From Acidimicrobiaceae bacterium (lineage in GTDB: Bacteria > Actinomycetota > Acidimicrobiia > Acidimicrobiales > Acidimicrobiaceae): a stretch of DNA of 34,900 nucleotides. A program made the position numbers and the translations under genes. The stretch covers positions 1 through 34,900 of the forward strand of contig JABEUP010000063.1 of assembly GCA_013044365.1 (NCBI GenBank), read 5' to 3'. The notes beneath the pieces were generated by a model. It was not told where the DNA came from. It searched no databases and saw nothing but the letters and a program-made list of their open reading frames with translations. This document shows, piece by piece, positions 29,609-34,900 of the stretch; position 1 is the stretch's first letter, and the number at the start of each line of letters is the position of its first letter.

Positions 29609-31182
29609 TGGCACAAACCATTGGTGTCGAGGCACTTAGGGATCTTTCTAAGGCGCGTCGACGCCACTTTGTTGAGAAGATGGACCTTGTAAACGCAATT
29701 TACAAGGCTTACATGGTTGGAGCTGCCCTTCTTGTGGGCGGCTCCCTTTTGGTAGGGCTGGTTCAGTCTGCCCCCCTTGGCTCTGTGGTCCAACGCCAAG
29801 TTGTTAATGTTGGTCCGTCATTTCTCGGACTGTCTATTGGGTTGGCGATGCTATTCGGTCTGCGTTCAGGTTCAAGGGGTGGTCCGCTAGCCCTACAGGG
29901 TGCTGACGTGCGAATGATTCTGCTTTCCGGGGTACCCAGGTCGCATTTTCTCAGGTCAAAGGCAGTTTCACAAGTTCGCTCCACAATTCCCCCGGCACTT
30001 TTGATTGGCGGACTCGTAGGCGGAATTACTCACCGGGCACTTGGGGTTAGTACCGTCCGCCTGGTAGCCGAGGGTGCATTAGTGGCAGTAGTGGGAGTGC
30101 TGAGTTTTTTTGGAGGCGGATATATTGCCTCCGGACTCCGAATAAACAAATGGATTGCCTCCCTGCTCGGCAGTATTGTAGTTATCTGGTCCTGTTTGGA
30201 CGTCTACTACGGAACCTCATTTTTCCCCGGTACTTGGCTGGGCAAACTCTTCCTTAGTCAAAGTTACATTTTCTTGGCTGCACTTACGGTTCTGTCAGTG
30301 GTGATTTTATTCGCACTTGGTCTGTATTTCATTTCCGGATTGTCTCTGGAAATGCTTGAGCACCGGGCAAGGTTGGTGGGAACACTTAGATTTGCGGCGA
30401 CAATGCGTGATATCAGAACCGTTATTTTGCTCAGGAGGCAACTGTCAGGTGAAAAGTCAAGGGGTGGAAGATCCTGGTTGTCAAGTTTTTCGCTCGGCCA
30501 CGGGTTAACGGCACAAGTGTGTAAAAGGTCGCTGGAGTCATTAATCAGATGGCCCATTGAGCGTTTATTGCGATTTCTGGTTCTCGCAGTGGCAGCTGGT
30601 TTGTCGGCTCGAATTATGTGGTCTGGTTCATTTGTTCCTTTGGCGATCGTGGTTGGCGCTCTTTATATAGCAGCAACTGATCTTCTGGAGCCGCTTTCCC
30701 AGCTAGCTGACCGTCCAGACGCAATTTCGGGTATTGGGGTTTCGATGTCCAAGGTTGAGTCGCGTCTGCTTGTGGTTCCTGCAATTGGAATGGTCATTTT
30801 TGTTGTGATTGGCACTCTGGCAACTGTACCTTTCGCGGGGTTTGCATTATCGGTTCACGTTGGTTTGATCAGTGTTATACCGATTGCGGCGGCTTCTACT
30901 ACCGGGGCGGCGGTAGGGGTTTTGCGTAAGCAGAGATCAGCAAGTACCTCCGCTTTGATGCCTGAGGTTGTGGCAATGACGTCGGTAATAATCGAGTTGC
31001 TGCCCTTTGTCATTGTTGCATCGGGACTGATTGCAATGGTTGACGCTTACGACCTGCACGTTCTCAACACTTCACTGATAGACGCAACGGCAATTTCAGC
31101 TGCGTCTTTCTCCCTTATATTTCCCTTGGCTGCCTGGACATGGATCAGGCGACGCAACGAACTGTCACTAAGTAATGGCTGA
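29608..31182 (+). CDS. polytopic membrane protein (about 12 TM, two 6-TM halves), putative ABC permease partner
   Basis: 524-aa ORF with six hydrophobic helices, a basic cytosolic linker (RRQLSGEKSRGGRSW...) and six more helices. The ATG shares one nt with the ilvC TAA (TAATG). The 3' end overlaps or abuts the ABC ATPase gene. No family recognised by eye. An alternative start is the in-frame ATG at 29671 (MDLVNAIY). Confidence 0.65.
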   Translation: MAQTIGVEALRDLSKARRRHFVEKMDLVNAIYKAYMVGAALLVGGSLLVGLVQSAPLGSVVQRQVVNVGPSFLGLSIGLAMLFGLRSGSRGGPLALQGADVRMILLSGVPRSHFLRSKAVSQVRSTIPPALLIGGLVGGITHRALGVSTVRLVAEGALVAVVGVLSFFGGGYIASGLRINKWIASLLGSIVVIWSCLDVYYGTSFFPGTWLGKLFLSQSYIFLAALTVLSVVILFALGLYFISGLSLEMLEHRARLVGTLRFAATMRDIRTVILLRRQLSGEKSRGGRSWLSSFSLGHGLTAQVCKRSLESLIRWPIERLLRFLVLAVAAGLSARIMWSGSFVPLAIVVGALYIAATDLLEPLSQLADRPDAISGIGVSMSKVESRLLVVPAIGMVIFVVIGTLATVPFAGFALSVHVGLISVIPIAAASTTGAAVGVLRKQRSASTSALMPEVVAMTSVIIELLPFVIVASGLIAMVDAYDLHVLNTSLIDATAISAASFSLIFPLAAWTWIRRRNELSLSNG

Positions 31183-31195
31183 ACAAGGAGTCGCA

Positions 31196-31876
31196 ATGGC
31201 CTCTCGCGCCGTGCTCGAGGTAAAGAAAATTTCAAAGGCTTACGAGAAGAACGAAGTTCTAAAGGATGTATCGTTCGTCGTAAAAGAGGGTGAGGTAACC
31301 GTCCTGATTGGTCCCAACGGATCCGGCAAGACCACCTTGGTACGGGCCGTCACTGGATTGGTCACAATTGCCAGCGGTGAGATCTCGATCTTGGGTGCCA
31401 AGGCAGGTTCCGATGATGCCAGAAGCGTGACCTCAGTGTCACTCGATACGCCCATTCTCTACGATGACATTTCCGCACTGGAGCACCTTGAGTTCTCCGC
31501 CAGGATAAACGGATTGGAGGACTGGGAATCCCCGGCAAAAGAACTACTTGCCTCATTTGGCCTGTCGGAGCGTCAGGATGAGCTTCCCAGCAGCTTTTCC
31601 CGTGGACTAAGGCAGAAAGTGGCTTTGGCAATGGCGCTCATTCGTCCGCACAGGCTGCTTATTTTGGATGAACCTTTTGTCGGGTTGGATCAAAGAGGGA
31701 AAGCTTCACTTATCCAACTGATTAAGGATCAGGCCACCCGCGGAGTGGCAGTATTGGTGGCTACTCACTCCGAAGAGTTCCTAGCTGTTGCGAATTCAAT
31801 GATAGGCATGTCAGAGGGTCAAGCTTTATACCGCGGCTCACCTTCCAAGGACCAATACAACAAGCTTGTCGGCTAA
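31196..31876 (+). CDS. ABC transporter ATP-binding protein
   Basis: Walker A GPNGSGKTT, a signature-like FSRGLRQKVALA, Walker B LLILDEPFVGLD and H-loop ATHS. ATG 31196 lies 5 nt after AAGGAG. The ORF is open from ATG 31175, which would overlap the permease by 8 nt. Confidence 0.9.
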   Translation: MASRAVLEVKKISKAYEKNEVLKDVSFVVKEGEVTVLIGPNGSGKTTLVRAVTGLVTIASGEISILGAKAGSDDARSVTSVSLDTPILYDDISALEHLEFSARINGLEDWESPAKELLASFGLSERQDELPSSFSRGLRQKVALAMALIRPHRLLILDEPFVGLDQRGKASLIQLIKDQATRGVAVLVATHSEEFLAVANSMIGMSEGQALYRGSPSKDQYNKLVG

Positions 31877-31994
31877 ATCTGCCATTCCCATCAATTATCT
31901 GACGAAAATACTTTCCTATCGTTAGCGAATAGATGTACCTTAAAAATAGGGATTAATAGTGATTCCTGAGGCTTTACCCGAAATGGGAGCCAAT

Positions 31995-32684
31995 ATGAAG
32001 ATAGCCGAGCTTGGACAGGTGAGCTCTGATCAGATCTTTTACATGAGATGCACGGAACATCGTGTGGATCTCGATGGTTTGCGCCGCTGGGCCGATGAAG
32101 CCGAGGCACAGAGCGTCAAGGAGATGATAAAGAATAATATTTGTCCAGCCTGTCCACCCTGGTATATAGCCCAGGGGTTTCCCGTGTTAGAGGCGGTTTA
32201 TCGGGACGGCTGGCTAGATTGCGATTGCTGCGGAACTTCCTGGAGGATTATCGCGGGCGGGTGGGAAGCACTTTGCGGAGATGGATTACTCGAGGAAGAC
32301 GAAGACATTAATAGCGATGTGCGACATATCGAACCAGGCATGAAGATCACATCTTCTCAGTTCGAAATAGACACCATCAACTCCGTGGATGCATCGCTGG
32401 ACGTCCTTTTTAGTTCTGTGCAGTTTTCGCTCTTTGGTGAGAGCACCTCAATCAGCGACGATGAAGAATTGACCAGGGACATTCTTGTATTCAGCCTCGA
32501 GCAGGCACTGTGGGATATGGAGAATGCCGATAGTATCGGCGATTTCATTGCAGAGGTGCTTGTTAACCTCGGAATGGACTCGAAGAAATCCGCCCGGGTT
32601 CTTAATAGTGTACTTTCAACTTTTCTGGATCTCAGAAGAATTCTTGAAAAGGCGGGAAGTCGCGAGGCCAGAAAGCGGGACTAG
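31995..32684 (+). CDS. hypothetical cytosolic protein with a CPAC...CDCC zinc-ribbon-like motif and an acidic C-terminal half
   Basis: ORF open from GTG 31959, with ATG 31995 lying 5 nt after GGGAG. CPAC-x28-CDCC cysteines, no TM segment, and a C-terminus rich in D and E. No family recognised. Confidence 0.5.
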   Translation: MKIAELGQVSSDQIFYMRCTEHRVDLDGLRRWADEAEAQSVKEMIKNNICPACPPWYIAQGFPVLEAVYRDGWLDCDCCGTSWRIIAGGWEALCGDGLLEEDEDINSDVRHIEPGMKITSSQFEIDTINSVDASLDVLFSSVQFSLFGESTSISDDEELTRDILVFSLEQALWDMENADSIGDFIAEVLVNLGMDSKKSARVLNSVLSTFLDLRRILEKAGSREARKRD

Positions 32685-32699
32685 TCACGCTTTCTGGCC
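32666..32699. terminator. bidirectional hairpin between the convergent hypothetical gene and leuA
   Basis: Perfect 12-bp inverted repeat: GGCCAGAAAGCG (32666-32677) pairs with CGCTTTCTGGCC (32688-32699) around a 10-nt loop. It spans the stop codon of the + strand ORF and lies 19 nt from the leuA stop. Confidence 0.6.
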
Positions 32700-32717
32700 G
32701 CTTGGAAAATATAAGTG

Positions 32718-34262
32718 TTAAGGTCCAACTTCAATATTTCGGGTCTCTCTTCTTGCCATAGACCGCGAGAGGCGGTTCACTGCATTCAGGTAGGCTCTCG
32801 TTGATGCCTCGACGACGTCAGTCGACACTCCGCGGCCAGAGACTTTGAAGTCTCCAGATTCGAGCTGAACCACTACCTCACCCTGGGCGTCTTCTCCGCC
32901 GGTAACTGAGGAGACGGTAAATCCAATGAGCTTGGTAGAAAGCCCGGTTGCTTTTTGTATCGCTTTCCCGGCAGCATCGATCATTCCGTTCCCATCAGCC
33001 TTTGCCTCAAGTATCTCTCCATCCCTGGAAATAACTACCCGTGCGGTTGGAGTTCCCACAGTACCACCGACTACCTCCAACTCGAGTAGGCTGTAGGCAT
33101 TCTCGGCATCAGTGCTGATTTCGTCTGCCACCAATGCTTCGAGGTCCGCCTCCGTGATTTCCATCTTGCGGTCTGCGAGGTCCTTGAACCTAAAGAATGC
33201 CTGATTGAGTGCTTCACCATGAACCTCAAAGCCCATGTTCTTGAGGGTCTCCGAAAATGCGTGCCGTCCTGAGTGTTTACCCAGTACGATCTGAGAGCCT
33301 TTTTGTCCAACGCTTTGCGCATCGATTATTTCGTAGGTTTCACGGTCGGCCAGGACGCCGTGTTGATGGATGCCAGATTCGTGGGCGAAGGCATTTCTTC
33401 CAACTACTGCTTTGTTGTACTGGATCGGGTATCCAGTCAACCGTGAAACGAGACGAGAGGTGCGAGCGATTTCCTCAGTGTGGATTTGTGTGGTGATGCC
33501 CGGGAACTGGTCCGGACGAATTTTCACCGCCATGACCACTTCCTCAAGGGCGGCGTTGCCAGCCCGCTCGCCCAGACCGTTTATGCATACCTCAACTTGT
33601 CGGGCTCCGGCTTGAATGCCGGCTAGCGAATTCGCGGTTGCCAACCCCAGGTCATTGTGGCAGTGAGTAGAAATAACGTAATCACCCTTGACCTGGGTCT
33701 TTACGTATTGGATTAGCGCGCCGAAATCCCAAGGGATTCCATATCCAACGGTGTCCGGGATATTTAGCGTTGTCGCTCCGGCGGTTACGGCGGCCTGGAG
33801 AACTTCGAGCATGAAGTCTAGGGGCGTCCTAGTGGCATCCTGAGGCGAGAACTCGATGTCGTCGGTGTAGTTCCGCGCATGTGCAACGCTGTTTCTGGTC
33901 TCGGTAAGCACCTGTTGACGGTCCATTTTGAGCATATGTTCCATGTGGGAAGGACTTGTGGAAATAAAGATATGGATCCGGGCTCTTTCGGCATCTCTCA
34001 GGGCTTCCCAGCATCGATCGATGTCGCGAAGCTGTGTTCTGGAGAGAGCCGCGATGATTGAACCGTGGACTTGACGGGCAATTGCCTGCACTGCGTCGAA
34101 GTCGCCTTGGGAGGCGACGGGAAAACCAGCCTCTATGTAATCGACATTCAGTCGGGCAAGCTGTTCAGCGATTTCAAGTTTTTCGGCGACGTCAAGGGAA
34201 ATCCCTGGTGATTGCTCACCATCCCTAAGTGTTGTGTCGAAAATTACTAACTTTTCATCCAT
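32718..34262 (-). CDS. leuA: 2-isopropylmalate synthase (short form)
   Basis: MDEKLVIFDTTLRDGEQSPG, HCHNDLGLATANSLAG, and a C-terminal LeuA dimerisation/regulatory domain. 514 aa. ATG lies 7 nt after GAGGT. Confidence 0.95.
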   Translation of the reverse strand: MDEKLVIFDTTLRDGEQSPGISLDVAEKLEIAEQLARLNVDYIEAGFPVASQGDFDAVQAIARQVHGSIIAALSRTQLRDIDRCWEALRDAERARIHIFISTSPSHMEHMLKMDRQQVLTETRNSVAHARNYTDDIEFSPQDATRTPLDFMLEVLQAAVTAGATTLNIPDTVGYGIPWDFGALIQYVKTQVKGDYVISTHCHNDLGLATANSLAGIQAGARQVEVCINGLGERAGNAALEEVVMAVKIRPDQFPGITTQIHTEEIARTSRLVSRLTGYPIQYNKAVVGRNAFAHESGIHQHGVLADRETYEIIDAQSVGQKGSQIVLGKHSGRHAFSETLKNMGFEVHGEALNQAFFRFKDLADRKMEITEADLEALVADEISTDAENAYSLLELEVVGGTVGTPTARVVISRDGEILEAKADGNGMIDAAGKAIQKATGLSTKLIGFTVSSVTGGEDAQGEVVVQLESGDFKVSGRGVSTDVVEASTRAYLNAVNRLSRSMARRETRNIEVGP

Positions 34263-34335
34263 CTCGCTTACCTCTATCCTTTCAATGTTGCTCTGCGACC
34301 GTTGCTGCCGCGACTCTCAATTTCCTAATCCGGAC

Positions 34336-34397
34336 TAACAAAAAACCTCCTGGCCTAGAGGCACAGGAGGTTCTGCGAGCGTCGGTAACGCTCGCAG
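34336..34397 (-). terminator. two tandem hairpins, the second a strong intrinsic terminator; either the terminator of the upstream methylase gene or a leuA leader attenuator
   Basis: Read on the minus strand. Hairpin 1: CTGCGAGCG-7nt-CGCTCGCAG (34397-34373, perfect 9 bp). Hairpin 2: AACCTCCTG...CAGGAGGTT (34372-34344, 9 bp plus 3 inner bp), followed by a T-run (34343-34340, then G and TT). The T-run ends about 75 nt upstream of the leuA ATG. Confidence 0.6.
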
Positions 34398-34485
34398 CTA
34401 ACCAAGAAGGAGAGTGGCTGCAAATACAATATGCACGACTCCATGATTACCTACTTTGCTGCCGTACGTCAAGTCATAATCTGAA

Positions 34486-34900
34486 TTAGCTGCTAATTTC
34501 CTGTACGTTATCCATGTCAAGCCGTCTTGTAATGATGCTTACTGCTTCAGGATTACGATCTATAGCAATAAATCTACGGCCCATTTGTTGTGAAACTTTG
34601 GCAGTGGTGCCGCTTCCGGCAAAAAAGTCAAGTACCCAGGAACCCTTATTCGAGGATGCTTCGACGATTCGTCGAAGAATTGCCTCTGGTTTTTGGTTGG
34701 GATAGCCGGTCCGTTCTTTCCCTGCCGTATGTACAATGGTTTGCCACCAGACGTCAGTCGGAACCTTTCCCCGGGTGGCTTTTTCTTTGGTCACGAGTCC
34801 CGGTGCCATGTATGGGATACGTTCTATTTCATCATAATTGAAGATATGTTTGCCCAGTTCTTTTGCGTACACAAGTATTGTGTCATGCTTGGCTGGCCAC
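34486..34900 (-). CDS. site-specific DNA methyltransferase (N6_N4_Mtase family, beta class), 5' end outside the window
   Basis: YPNQKPEAILRRIVEASSNKGSWVLDFFAGSGTTAKVSQQMGRRFIAIDRNPEA matches the hPTQKP...DPFxGSGTT...GiE pattern with motif I at the C-terminus. The reading frame stays open upstream of the GTG at 34872 (WPAKHDTILVYAKE) to the window edge, so the DPPY-type motif IV lies outside the window. Confidence 0.85.
   Translation of the reverse strand, partial: WPAKHDTILVYAKELGKHIFNYDEIERIPYMAPGLVTKEKATRGKVPTDVWWQTIVHTAGKERTGYPNQKPEAILRRIVEASSNKGSWVLDFFAGSGTTAKVSQQMGRRFIAIDRNPEAVSIITRRLDMDNVQEISS

Overview
34.9 kb of roughly 50% GC chromosomal DNA, mostly tightly packed housekeeping genes. 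Gene order (mnmA-ligA ... gatCAB ... ilvBNC) and a PASTA Ser/Thr kinase resemble Actinomycetota synteny; this taxonomic guess is inference only, and the short-form LeuA fits it less well. I support 28 CDS: two methyltransferases flanking a run of + strand genes (soluble MgtE-sensor-like protein, non-canonical NRAMP transporter, GT4 glycosyltransferase, methyltransferase, prenyltransferase-repeat protein), a YwaF-like membrane protein, pepN, a PfkB kinase, a GDPD phosphodiesterase, mnmA, ligA, a PASTA kinase, an SCP2 protein, gatCAB, ilvD, ilvBNC, a 12-TM protein plus ABC ATPase, a Cys4 acidic protein, leuA, and a DNA methyltransferase cut by the window edge. By eye I found no rRNA, tRNA, CRISPR array, transposase, integrase or obvious defence or toxin-antitoxin genes. 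The points most worth a second look are: (1) a pore-less MgtE-type Mg2+ sensor protein encoded directly upstream of an NRAMP-family transporter that lacks the canonical DPGN/MPH metal site; (2) a textbook but unannotated Leu/Val/Ile leader peptide and tandem terminators in front of ilvB; (3) an uncharacterised GT-MT-prenyltransferase-like-MT cassette; (4) an ABC pair joined to the ilvC stop codon; (5) several unusually long non-coding gaps (0.3-0.67 kb) that I could not assign to any known RNA family. Most of the window is ordinary core genome, and none of these is proven novel from sequence alone.
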